From NCBI GenBank assembly GCA_905178155.1, contig CAJINV010000001.1:7075794-7139793 (forward strand): 64,000 nt of DNA. Reading direction: 5' to 3'. Below are positions 37,917 through 50,700 of this stretch, piece by piece; position 1 is the stretch's first letter; every line of letters starts with the position of its first letter. Below the pieces are notes generated by a model, which was not told the DNA's origin, made no database searches, and worked only from the letters and a program-made list of their open reading frames with translations. The DNA comes from Amoebophrya sp. A120 (Eukaryota; Protista; Dinoflagellata). A program made the translations under genes and the position numbers.

Positions 37917-38769
37917 AAAGTTGGTCGCTGATGTTTGTGTTTTCAATCTGAAAGAATGTCAACTTATTCCATATCGTAGAAGGTCTTGCTCGAGATCTTC
38001 ATCTACACTTAGATTCTAGTACGAAGCAAGCCTTTGTTTGATGGTAATGAATTTTTGTACTACTCGCAAACGCAATCCCATTGATGTGCGACTTCGTCCG
38101 CCCTCATTCGTGATTCCATGGCGGATTTTTCTAGGGGAACCCATCGCCGGTGGCCCTCCCTTACTCATTCAAGTCAATATCGGCATCCTGATTCTGGATG
38201 GACGGCTACCAATCTTCGCCCGCAGTTGCAGTTGGCCATCGGAGGCGCAGCAATGAGACTGCAAGCCACTATAATCTTTGTCAATGTAGGTAGCAGCAGG
38301 TCAACAACGTCCAGGTCTACTCGATTCTCAAAGATCCTGGATCTGACATAACGACAAGATCTAGTATCGTGCTCAGTACTTCTTCACATGTTTTGGAAGG
38401 CTTTTGATCAGCGGTCGTGGACGTGGTTGTGTTGTGAATGTAGTAGTCTAGAAAAAGCTGTTTCAAGTTCAACGCTGTCGATGGAAGAAGCAAACAGAAG
38501 CTCAACTGAACCGCGCGAGAAGACTTTGTAGTATGGCAAGTTTTTTTACGCTCAAAACTGTGCAAGCCCGTAAGAAAAGAAAAAGCTAAACCCCACCTCT
38601 CTCCTACATCCTTGTTTTGTTGCTTCGGGTCTCTGTCTCTCGGAGTTAGATTCGCTTTTTTTCGACTCGTATGACGTGTTTGAATTTGAAGAGTTGTCAT
38701 CCACTATTTCCACAAGTCTTATCTTCTGGCCATTCTGAAACACGATACGCTAGAAACGAGAACTACAAG

Positions 38770-41700
38770 ATGACCTCCGCGATTCGGGGGCTTTTCCGTG
38801 CAGGGAAAGACGCCGAGTCCTCTAGTGACGATGAGGACGCTGCTGGGCGAAATTCCCAGACCGTGCGAGGCGGTGCTCCTTCGTCGGTGGATTTTGCATC
38901 CCAGTCCGCGACCTCTGCTGGGGTTGCTCTGCCACCGCTGTTGCCGGTTGAGCCCGGAAGTGGTGAAAATTCCACTAGCGGAGCGGGGCCCAACATGACG
39001 AAGCCAGCCACTGCAGATGGTGCCGCGAGTGGAAAAAAGCTTTCTGAAGAGAAGGTGAATCGTATTGCGCACGATTTGCATAGAAGCTTCACCATGAAGA
39101 TGCATCGCGAACAAACCCAGACGAAGCAACGTGATGAGCTGGTGCTGCTGCTGGACGAGTGGCAGCTCCAGCTGCAGCAATACCCTTGGTACGAGCAGGA
39201 CCTGTCTGTGATGCGGAAAATCCTGAGTCTGAATGGAATTTCTTCAGGCTTCCAGCAAAAGCAGAAAGTTATCAAGACCTACGAACTGCTGAGGTGCCTC
39301 GGATCTGGAATTTTCTACGCGGATGTGTCCAGCGCAGATGCGGATAAGAACAAGTGCTTCGAAAAGATGCTCGAGCACGCGACAAAGAACAGAAAATGCT
39401 GGCCTGAGAAGCAGGTGAACGTGGACGATGCACAGCGCGCGGACTTCCAGCAATTCCTTGTGGAAGCGCGCCCGCCCGACCAAATCCAGCACATGAAGCA
39501 AATTGAAATGCATCCTGAGCTCGGCTTTTCGAAGGAGTTCGCCCGACGTTCTTTCGATCAAAAAGACATGAGTTACTTGCATCTCGGGCGGCTGGCGACC
39601 TTCGTGCTCACTCTCTTGGATCACCACCTGCCTGCCGACTGTGGGGGAGAATTCTCTTCGCAGGAGCTCAAGAATGTGAGCGAGCTTCGGGAGGCTGCGA
39701 AAAAGGCGGAATTGAGCGTGCAAACCTACTACAATGCCCCGGAACAGGTAAGCAAGTTCAACAACGCCGCACAGCAGGCTGCCGATTTTCCAGAGGGATT
39801 AGCGCCCTACATCATTCCAGATTCTGCGGAGCACAAGCAGTATCTCTCCCTCTTCATGACTGTGCTAGTGGATTCCTTTGATGACTTTGTCCAAAAGAAA
39901 CGCGGGCGCCAGGGGAAAATGGACCAGGAAACGAAAACAGACCAGGATTATCGTGCGGTGTCCCGCCACCCACTGAGCTTCAGGTTTTTAGCCTCTCTCG
40001 AGCAGCAAACCACACAAGGAGAGGACGCCAGCAGAAACGAACCGCTCTTCGGTCCGGGAAGCCGCAAAGTAACTGCCACGCGGGCGAAAGACGCGCGCGA
40101 GCGACTATCTGAGAAGGAGTTGAAGGACCTAGCTGTGCATGCGCGGAAACTGGCCGAGTACGAGCAGAAAAGCATGGCGGAGCTGGAGGTCTTGTCGGTC
40201 ATTGAATTGGGCGATTTGGTCAGGGCGCTGCAGGAAGTTTGGCAGTTGCACTTGAAGGGCCTCGGCAAGGACGCGGGCGAGAGCCGGCTGCCGGAACCGG
40301 TGACGCGATGGCTGCAGAAGGACATCACGCCCGGGGATATCGACAACGTTGTGCGGGTGTGCCACAGTTTCTTCATTCGGAACCAGAAAGCAAAGAGCCT
40401 GGAGGTGGATGCCTTGCTGTGTAATTGCGTGAACCGGAGTGTGGAAAATCTTCCCGAAGACCTCTTAACCGCCACCGCCGACGCCAATCGCGGGTTTCTC
40501 ACCGCCGGAGCGGATGGTGGGGCTTCGCGCTCCGCGCTGGCCGCCGTCGGGGGTTCGCGAAAAATCGCGGTCTTCGGCCTGAACAGAGAGGGGAAAAAGC
40601 CGGGTGGGAAGGAGAATCCTGTTGTGCTGAAAACCATCAAGTTCCAGCCCACTTACGACGCCACCGACGATTCCATGCTGCACGCCGGCATCAACGAAGG
40701 TGTGGATTTCGAGTTGCGAGAAATCGGCCTCCGTTTGGAGGGCAGCTACCGTCGTTTCGAACCCGAACTGCAGATCGAGGCTTCCTACAGCCAGCACGGC
40801 CAGCACCGTCGCGAGGTTTACTACGAGTGGATTTCGCCGGACTTCGTGGTGGAGGACAGTGTTCCGCTACGACAAATCTTGGAGAACGAGGACGTGACGC
40901 ACTTGCGTCTGGCCTTACCCAGCACCAGCGGGGAGGACGAGCCGATCGAACTCAGCCTGCAGGATCCTGGCATGGTCCAGGCGGACTCGCTCAGTTACAA
41001 AGTGCTCGCAACGAAGCATCGCGACTGCGCGGACGAAGAGGGCTGCGGTTTTCGTCGCTTCATTGTGCAGGTCGGCCGCGACGTGGGGATCCCTCTGCCG
41101 CAGAACCTGACCCGGAACAAGGACGGCTTTATCGAAACCGGCGAGGTTCTGACGAAGGTCCTCAGCATCCTCTTCGCCTACAACGGCTACCAGACGCTGC
41201 CGACGCAGGCCCTCTGCAAGCACTTGAGTGAGAAGCCCGACCTTCTGTATTGTGCCTCGCTGCCGTTGCTGAATTGCGTGTCCGAGAACTTTCAGGACGC
41301 CATCAAGGAGCACTGGCACCGGGAGCTGTCGCTCGACGACCCGAAGTACAACATGAGCGAATTGGAGCGCGAGACGCGCTCGCTGCTCGTGAACCTGCTG
41401 TCCGCCAGCGAACAGGATCCGCACGTGGCTGTGCTGCCGCAGTCGCATCGCCAGGAGTTCGAGCACATCGTGTTCGAGGTCACGAAGCACACGCTGAAGT
41501 ACTTGTTCATCGAGCGGGCCAATTTCGAAGCAATGATGGCGGAAATCGACGAAATCCTGCAGGACAGCACCACCACTTTCGTTTGCGTCCAAGTCACCGG
41601 TCCGCTGGAACAGCGCCAGGTAGCGGAATTTGTTTGCCGAGCTTCCCGCGGTTGCTGCATCCGGGTCGTTTTCATCGAGTATGCGAGCCTGCTTCGCACA

Positions 41701-44700
41701 CTCAGCGTCACGCAAACCTTAGACCAAGTGCTGATCCCACCCTCGCTCGCAAAGAGTGCTGGCGATAACTTGCTGCAAAACGGAACGTTTTACAAAGAGA
41801 ATTCTGCTGTGGGAAGCATCGTGACACAACTTTCTGCGCTGTCGGAGGCGGCCGAGACGGATCTGTTTGACACGATTTTTCGGAATTCCGAGACAGCGTC
41901 TTTATTACGACCAGATAAGATGAATTTGCAGTTCGTAGAGGACGCGTGCATCCGAAGTGGGCGAAAGCGTTCGTTCAGGAAGGGAAAATTCAAAGACCAA
42001 GGACGGTCGTCGTCTGCGCACGATGCGGATTCTTGCGGTGACCGCGCTGGAGGAGCGGGTGCTGGTCGCGACCGGGGGTCGAAACGCCGTTCTGCGAGCT
42101 TCGCTTCTGAACGCTCTGATGGCAAGAGATCTTCTATCTCAGGCATGATGAGTTCCTCGGAAAATTCATCGAGCGGGGGCAGTGATTCGGATTCTCCCCA
42201 TAATTCCGAAAATGAAGCCGAGGACCAGCACTCTTCTGCGGCCGTGAAGGAAAGCAAAACTTCTAAGAAGCGCGGATCGCCTGCGAGAAAGGTCGAAGAC
42301 GCTGGGTTGCACGGAATGACTTCTGCGGCAGAGATCGAGAAAAATTGGCGTCGAGAGGAGGAGATGTGGCGTAGTCGTGCGGCATTGAAAGCGAGTGAGG
42401 CCTTCATGGTTTTGGTCGCACACGATGTGGAAGTGTTGCGTCGCTTTTACAGTCGCAGTGTGGATGGCGTACGGATCGTCGAGGCGAGCAACCCGAAGGA
42501 CTTCGAAGCTTTCGAGAACTACCTGGAGACTGTCGCTGCGGCTGGCGGCGTTGCCAAGCAAAACCGGACAGCGATTCCTGGAGCAGGCAAACGTGACGCG
42601 CAGCCCAATGCCACGATGATTGTCCTGCTGGACACGCGGTACCTGTCTACTGCGAAACTTGAAGACGTCGTGGCGAGGTGTTACTTCTACGGGTTGAAGC
42701 TTGCGGTCGTCGTCCCAGAGGTCGGCCCGGAATTTTTTCAAATCAATATCAAGGCGTCGTTGGTCGCGCTTCGCTGCAAAAGGACCTCTGCACTGCCGGA
42801 GCAATCCACCCTGACGCCCTTTGTGGTGCGCGTGCGGGTTACTGCTGCTGAGGTTACTGAGACCATGGGCGGCTACAGCACTGGGCGCCGCGCGCAGCAT
42901 GTCACGCTGCAGGCAATGTTTACTTCGTTGACCTTGATCTTTGGGCCTTCTTCCGTTAAGTGTAGTCTGCTGCAACAACTCGAACGGGCGCTGCAAAACG
43001 ATTTTGATCCGCGAGAAGATCAATTGCACATCTCGTGGGTAAAATTTCTGCAACTTCTCCCCGAGATAAGTGCCCGCGATGCCGTCGGGCAGCGTGGCGA
43101 CAAATCGAATACCGAAGGCGACCGCGAGCGGCACAAAAAGATCATTTGGGGCCTTCTCAGCGGTTTGAAAGTTCCAATGAAGCGCAAGCACGTGGATGAC
43201 AGTCCGCTGTTTGAGTTTGGAAAGTTGATGGGCGGACTCGTGGCGAAACTAGCGGAGTCGGGAAATCCAGATGGTTCCGCTAGTTTGAAGAGCTTCGAAG
43301 AATTTTTGTTGGACGACGCGAGCGCCGCTTTGCGGTGGCTTTCCCAAGTGCAGCGTGTGCGTGCCTGGTTTCGGTACTTGCAGCAAAAGGAGCAACAGGT
43401 GCGGGATCCTCAGGACCAGAGTCCAGCGGAGCAGCGTTCCGGGCTTGTCGCCACTTTTCTGCGAAAAAATGGAGCGCGCATCGTTTGCAACGTGCACTGC
43501 AACAACCTGATCGAGACTTTACTGCCCGATCTTGCTGACACCAGCTGGAAGCCTATCGTGAGCGGTGACGCGCCGTCGTACGTGGGAGTCGGCCAGCTCG
43601 ATGTCACGGTGAAAAAAGACGAGATCTACCTGGGACAGGCCCTGAAGGGCGGCGACTTGGACTGGGAGCTATTTGCTGACAGCTGGGAATCCAACTTCGA
43701 TCTGACCGTCAGGTTGCAACAAGATTTACTTTTTGCTTCCCGGGACCGATTGAAGTTTATTTTCTGTTTGTCGCCGGTGCAGATTACCAACTTGGGCTCT
43801 TCGATTTTGCAACCCGCGGAGGACGGAAGCGGTTGTCCGCTTCGGGAGCAGACTCTGCAGCGCATCAAACAGGACGCTTTAAGCCTTTGCTGCTTGTTTG
43901 AGGGGAATGCCTCTGCAGATGAGCGACAGGAGGAGGCGCGAAAGCCGGTGCAGTCTGCACCGAAGAATGACGTGAATGACGGTGCTCTCATCAACACCGA
44001 GAGCAGCACCGGCATTGGCGGTCTCGTCAGCCATCCCGAGGCGCGGAAGCGTTGGTGCGCAGTGAAATGGTTGCTATGGAGCGTGTTGCCGGGAAACTGT
44101 GATGCTTTTCGTTTGACTTTTGAAGAGTTGGAGCTGTTGATTCGATGCCACGTCAAGCTGTGCCCCCGGAATCGCCCTGACATTCTGCAGAAATTGGTCG
44201 AAATGCTAATCGGCTTTGATCTCCCCCGGAACGTACTGCTCGCGCAAACGGACGTACGGGACTACCTGCTCAAGGCAAAGTTCAAATCACTTGTGGTGTC
44301 ATCTTCGCAGCAGAAGGTGGGACAGGTGCAAAACCCTTTTGTGAGGAAGTACTTGCTTGGTAGCCATCTGTTTGGTTGTTTTGCGAGGTGTGAAAGAATG
44401 AAATGTGATCTTCGAACGTAGACTTTTCATCAATCACATCAATTTGTTTTAGGTACAGTCAGCTGCAGCTGCAGCAGCGCGCATTACCGAGCTGGAATCT
44501 TCAGACGAACAGGAGGCTTACAATTTTTGCTCCGCGGACGAGGGCGAAGTGGAGGAGCATTCTCGACCGGCTGGCACGCAAAACCAGTTGCCCGAGACAA
44601 TAGGTGTGGCATTGATCGAGTTCATTTGCTCCTCGCAGTACCGAACGGAATTCTGTCAGGGAAATCAAGGTGTCTCGCTCTTCCGGTTTCCTTTTTGTCG

Positions 44701-47700
44701 CGCATTGCTGGACTTTTGTCGCGGCGAGGAAAAGGATTTCCCCGAGGAGGCACGTCTGGTGTCGTCGCGTTTGACCCCAAGCGCTTTCGTGGCGATCGTA
44801 GCTCGTTCGACGAGCGCGAAGCAAGTCGCAATCACGGTTCGTGCCTTCCTAAGGCACACCCTGAAGGCTACTTCTTTTGCTACAAATCAGCGGCCCGCTA
44901 CTGTGCTGGCAAAGGTGCTCGAAGCACTAGTGGAGCAGAATATCACGTTAGTCGTGCCGTTTTTGGAGGAGCTTGTTGAGGAAGCAGAACGCAGTGTGGA
45001 TGAGCAAAACGATGGCGTTATAGACTTGTCTGCCGTCACCAATCCCGCAGTGTGCACGCTTTACGAGTGCCTGAAGTCGCGCAGTTTGGGAAAGTACATC
45101 GATTTGGCCCGCAAGCGAATCGATCGGGAAGCTCAACAGGCAGATGGCGACACGCCCATCATTCCCGTGTCTTGCGACACTTCCGAAATCATGCGGACCC
45201 TCTACATCGACTACTTTACGAAGCACTGTTCGTACGAAAAGTTGCCCGATGATCTCGATCTGCACCGATACCTACTCACGGACAACTCGCGTATCTCGAT
45301 TTTCAATGCTCTTGCGACGCTGGATAGCTTTGCAGGCGCGGAAGACGAGGAGCACACCGAAGCGCCAGGGGCGAAGGGCACTAGCAGACAGCAAAAAATC
45401 AAGAACAAATCCTTGTACTGGCATTGTTGGGGTCGTTTGCCCGACCGCCCTTTCGAAGACGCTTTTCTGCCGAAATCTCGCCGCGAAACCGAGTCTTTTG
45501 TGCAAACCCTGCAGCACGAGGCAACAAACTTCGTCGAGCAAGCTGCCCAGCAGGAGAATGTACTCTCGCAGACGGCACAGTTTCTCTTAAAGCCACTTAC
45601 GCTGAACAAGGGCCTCTACAACTCGGTATCCGGGAAGTTACCTTGGATCTACGTGCAAGATTTCGCTGGCGAGGTGAAAACAGGATCCCGAGTCGGGGCG
45701 GCTACGTTGTCCGAAGCGGACGCTGCTCGTTTGTTTGGGGATGGTGCGGATGATTCCGGGCAGGATGGGCCGAAAGCCGGTGGTCCAGGTTTTGCGGTTG
45801 CTGACAAGGTAGTTCCGAGTCACGAATTGCGAGAGGAGCTCTTCCTAATCGGCCAAGAGGATAACAAGGACTTCCCGCCGTACTACTTGATGTGGCACAA
45901 CCGCCCGCTTCCGGAGGGAATTGTCAATAAGTTCGCCTCCCAGATGCAAGATTCGGTGGAGCCTCTTAACAATGTCCGCCTATTCTTTCCCAGACTGCAA
46001 GATGGAGTGAGCGGAAGTAGCATTCGGCACAACCTAGAGGTTCTCCTTGCATTGGAACGTGGCAACAAATGCTATGTGAACCATATCGACACCACGGAGG
46101 AAACGGGGGCGGCCATGACGTCGCACGCGTACATGTTTGGTTTTACAATCGTCGCGTGGTTCTGCGCAATTGGATTCACTAGAGACGTGTTACGGGCACT
46201 GGTCAAGCCTGCATTCAAGGACTTGTTCTTGAATATCTGGCAGACCTTCGCCGCGGAGGGTGGCAAGAGACTCCGAAGGACATGTGCTTTGGGACCGTTG
46301 CCAACTTTGATCGAGATAGCGCTTAAGGACGAAAAAACCGGCGAGGTGCCACTGTTTCGGCGAACCGACCAGTCAGCTCGAGTCACGCTGCAGAAATTGA
46401 ATACGTTGATTGCGCATCTGGACATGGCAAGCGCCCACCAGGAGTACCACTTGACGGATTTTATGACGAAAAACGAAGCAGGCCGCAGCAGTGATGTGAC
46501 ATTTCAGCCACGCTACGAAAAGGCGCTCGAAGAGGTGGCATTTATGGTCGGTTATTCCTTCGCCCGTGACGCAGTGCCGGACGGTTCATCCGAATTTGTG
46601 CGGCTTCAGGCTCGTGATGTTGACACTAGACGATTGATCGAGCGGTACAGCATCGTCGCGGACTTCTCGAATCAACTTTGCTTGGGGCGAAACGCCTCTA
46701 CGAACAGTTCGTCCGCGTCCAACCACATGCTCGGAGTCTTCATGGAACATTTGACACAGGGACTGTCTTTCTTCATGCAGCAAAAGCTGTTAGACCCCAA
46801 TTGTGGCGAACGTGGCATGATTTTGGGCAGAATGGTAAGCGCGATTGTCTTCGACACCTGCCTTGTGCTGTACGGAATCACCCCGCTCAATTTCGGGGAG
46901 GAGATGTACATGCTTGCCGAGGCGTACGACCGTCGCAAGCTCTGCATTCCACAGCAAGTCAAAGCGGAGATTTTATGGATGATGCAAAACTACTACGAAT
47001 GGCACAACCTGAAGGCGCTTTTCAAGGAAACAATCGCCCGAATGAAAGCCATTGTGCAGATGTGGAGCGTCCATGGCGAGAAAGGCAGGACCATAACATT
47101 GAAGCGCAAGTTCTTCCAGGCGAATGTCCCCCACGTTGCCACGGTCATGCAGCATTGCACCAATGAGCAGGGTGGTAATGCGTTTGCTCGTCCGCCGTAC
47201 GACGGAGCCGCGCGCTTTCGTGACCTAGACAAGGTAAAAACTGAGATCGAGAAGCGCAAGCAGGAGCAGAAGAGCGCGGAGCACAGCGCTCCTCCAGACG
47301 AGCATTCCGGGGATGGAAAGACGAAGAACAAAGATCAATCGAAAGCAGAAGACGCAAACGCCGCATCGAACATTCGTAGCGCGCCCATGTACAGTGGCGG
47401 GAGTGTGGATCAAGGGAGAGGAAAGCAATCTGCGAAAAAGGAAGCGCGGTTTTTCATCGCTGGCATGAAACCGGATATCAACGTGCACAACGTCAATCGG
47501 GTTCATCGTAATGCGGGCGCCTCTACCGGAGTTCTTGCTTTGTCGGGAGGGGCTGGCGCGGCCAGTGGCACGGCGCAAATTTCGTGTCGGGAGCTGCTTG
47601 ACATTCAGACCTGCGACGAAATGGCCATGTACGGCACACTGCGTATCACCCCCGGCCTGCAACCACTTCTAGTGCACGTTGATGGTGAAGGCGCCGGCGA

Positions 47701-50700
47701 GACGCCCTATTTCAAGCTGTGGCACTCCATGAAGGGAGAGGAACAACAGCGGCGGCGGAAGAAGAACAGCAGCGGCCGTGCGAATAGTGAGAGCATCGTG
47801 AAGGTGTTTGCGCACAACGGGGATGCTTGGCGAGTGCTGAACGATCTGCCGTGCGGCTCGACACTACAGTCGAAGTTTTTCTATCTGCGCAAGGCGGAAA
47901 ACGGCCGTTGGATGCTGTTGCTCTCGTGTACCTGCGCATCGGAAAAGGAACAGCAAGCGCTTGCAACGGTTCCCGGAAAACTGAAGCAAGAAAAGCATTT
48001 GTTGAGTGCCATCCTGTACTCGCATCGCATGGCGGGACTCAATCTCGACCCTCGTGTGATGGAAGTGTTGCATTTGCTTTTCTGGGCCGCTTGTGAGGAG
48101 CTCGAGTACTATCCGAAGGGTAGCGAGCCCGGACAACCTAGCGAAAGGAGAAAGTGCCCAGACAACCTAGTGACGCACGCGCTGCAGCTGGAGCGCCTCC
48201 GGCAGATTTGTAACCACTCGCGCGAATTGCGGAAGTCCAAAGCTGGACGGCAAGACAGCGATCCCATTGACGAGTTGCACCAATGGTCGTTCCTGGTGTA
48301 TCAAGACACGGAGCGCGAGTACTGCAAATTACTGCTGGAAGCCCTTCAAGAACTGCATCGTCGTCAAGGAAGTAGCGATGAGTCCGTTCGGGGTGTCATC
48401 ATCGAGAAGTTCATGCAGCGGACCGGTTCCCCGCAACAAGAGTCCGCCGACGAGAGCCGCCCCGTGCGTGGCTGTTTCTTTCTCAGTACTGAAGAAACCG
48501 GGAAGCTGTCCCCCAGCGGCAACCGACTGGTGCGTGCGCTGTCCAATCTTGTGGGAAGCAACAACGTGGCGCCCATCCTCCCGTTGACAAGTATTCTGCA
48601 AGCGGTGGTGAAAGCCATGGAGCAGAGTCGGGACAAGACGATCGCGCGCAACCACCGAATCACCAAAACCGATTTTGCTATTCAAGGTGCGAAGCGGCTG
48701 GCCGAGGTCCGCCGCGGGAAGCCCGCACGAGGGAAAAAAATGGACTGGTTCAAGGATATCACCGACAGCGAGGAGGAGGACGAAAACGACTCCGACTCAG
48801 AAGACGAGGACTACGATGGCGGGGAGGGTCCTGCAGGCGGCTTTGGACTGCAGCGCGAACCGGCCAGGTTTCTAAAAATTTTCAACATGCTGATTTTAAA
48901 TCTTTTCTGATTTGAAGTGCCCTAAGTAGTGCCTACGAAATCGTGATCATCAAATTCTCAGGTCTTCTGGAACTACGGTGGCCCGTGAATCAGCTGGCCG
49001 GGATTTGCGGGAAACGGAGAACGCTTTGTATCGGGAGCGTGAATGTGAAGCCCGCACCTACATCGACACAGACGTGGATCGCGACCCGAACCGCGGCGCG
49101 ACCTTGTTTCCCTCCGAGGAAAATACGGGTTTTGGACGGGCGGTGAATTCCGTATCCACTGTGTTGTCACTGTGGAACGCAGACTTGCCGTTCTACCTGG
49201 TTCACCTGAATCATCACGAGCAAAAAATCAAGTACACCGCCGCGCGGGGTCTGCCGCTCGCCTACGTTGTTGACAAAGATCTGACCGCAGACCTGCTCGA
49301 CCGAACCTACCACAACTGTGCCGCGGGCAACGAAGACTCTGAGTCGGATCATGAGAGTGACAGCGACTCGTCAGGATCCGGCTCTAGCATGGACGACGAG
49401 TCGGTGGACGAGGAGGTTGTCGATAAGGCAGACGATGACTGGGCAGGAGGCTACTACGACGAATATGGAGAATGGATACCGTATTGGGATAACTACGACG
49501 AGAACGGAGAGTGGAACAACAAGGGAAACAACAACCACGGCGCGACTGATCAGCGTTCAACTTACCAGCCGACAAACAGACGCAAGCGGGAAAGCGCCGG
49601 CATCTTCACGAAGGAGGCAAAGGAGCGCCGACGGGAAAAGCAGCAAAGCCGTGCGAAGGCGAAGGAAGCTGGTCGTGACCGCGCGATTGATCGGGTCATC
49701 ATGCTCCGAGGCCAGCTCTTGCCCTGGATCGGCAACATTTTGCGTTCCCCCCTGGCCGCCAACGTGAAGGCGTGGCTCCTGAACATGATTCGCTGTGTCG
49801 GGGAAGCGACGGGGGCGCCGCCGCAGGAAACGTCCTGTACCAACTTGTCCATCATTCTGTACTCCCTCCTGCGGTGCTGCCCGGCGGACACCTTTCACGC
49901 ACAGCAGCTGCGACGGCATTTGGTGGACAGTTTCGTATTGTCCCCGGCGCTGGAGCGGTTCATCCAGCGACGCTCCGGCGGGTTTGGCGTGTATGTGGTG
50001 AAGGGTGGCACGCTGACCAAGTTGAAGCAGCTCGGGGTGAAGAACATCGCCGAACTGGACTACAGCCGTCAGGTGTGGCAGAGCTCCATGAACAACAGCA
50101 GCATGTACCTCGACATCATTCGTCGGTTCGAGTCCGACTACTGCTGCTTCGTCTACGTGCAGGGGCTGAAGAAGATCGACGACGTGCTGCTTAAGTGGCT
50201 GGCGGAGTACTCCCGCTACAATCCGTGGCGCTTTATCTACCTGGAGAACGTCGACCTGTCCTGGAACTTCCCGGAAAACCGGGACCGCTGCTACTTCACG
50301 TTTGCGCCCCCGAACCCGGCGCACCTGATCAAGAATGTGCAGGATTTGAACAACTCGCACGTCGGAGGGCTGCGCCCCAGTCACATCGTGGCGTACGAGG
50401 CCGACGCGCTGTGCTCCAGCGAAGTTGCGCGGAAGCCTCTTGAGTTGCGGAAGTGGTTTCGGGACAAATTTCAGACGCTGATTCGCGACGAGGAGAAGCT
50501 TGACGTCTTTTTCGGCAGCAACCACGGTGGACCCCGCTCTGCTAGTACGGCGAGAGGTACGTCTGCGGCGAGATCAACCCCGGAGCAATCGGCCTCCGCT
50601 CGTGTGACCGGGAAATCGCAACTGCAGGGCGACTTTCGGGACACACTGGATAAGTATTTGTTGCCCACCGGATCGGATAACGCTTCCTCCGTGTCCTTGA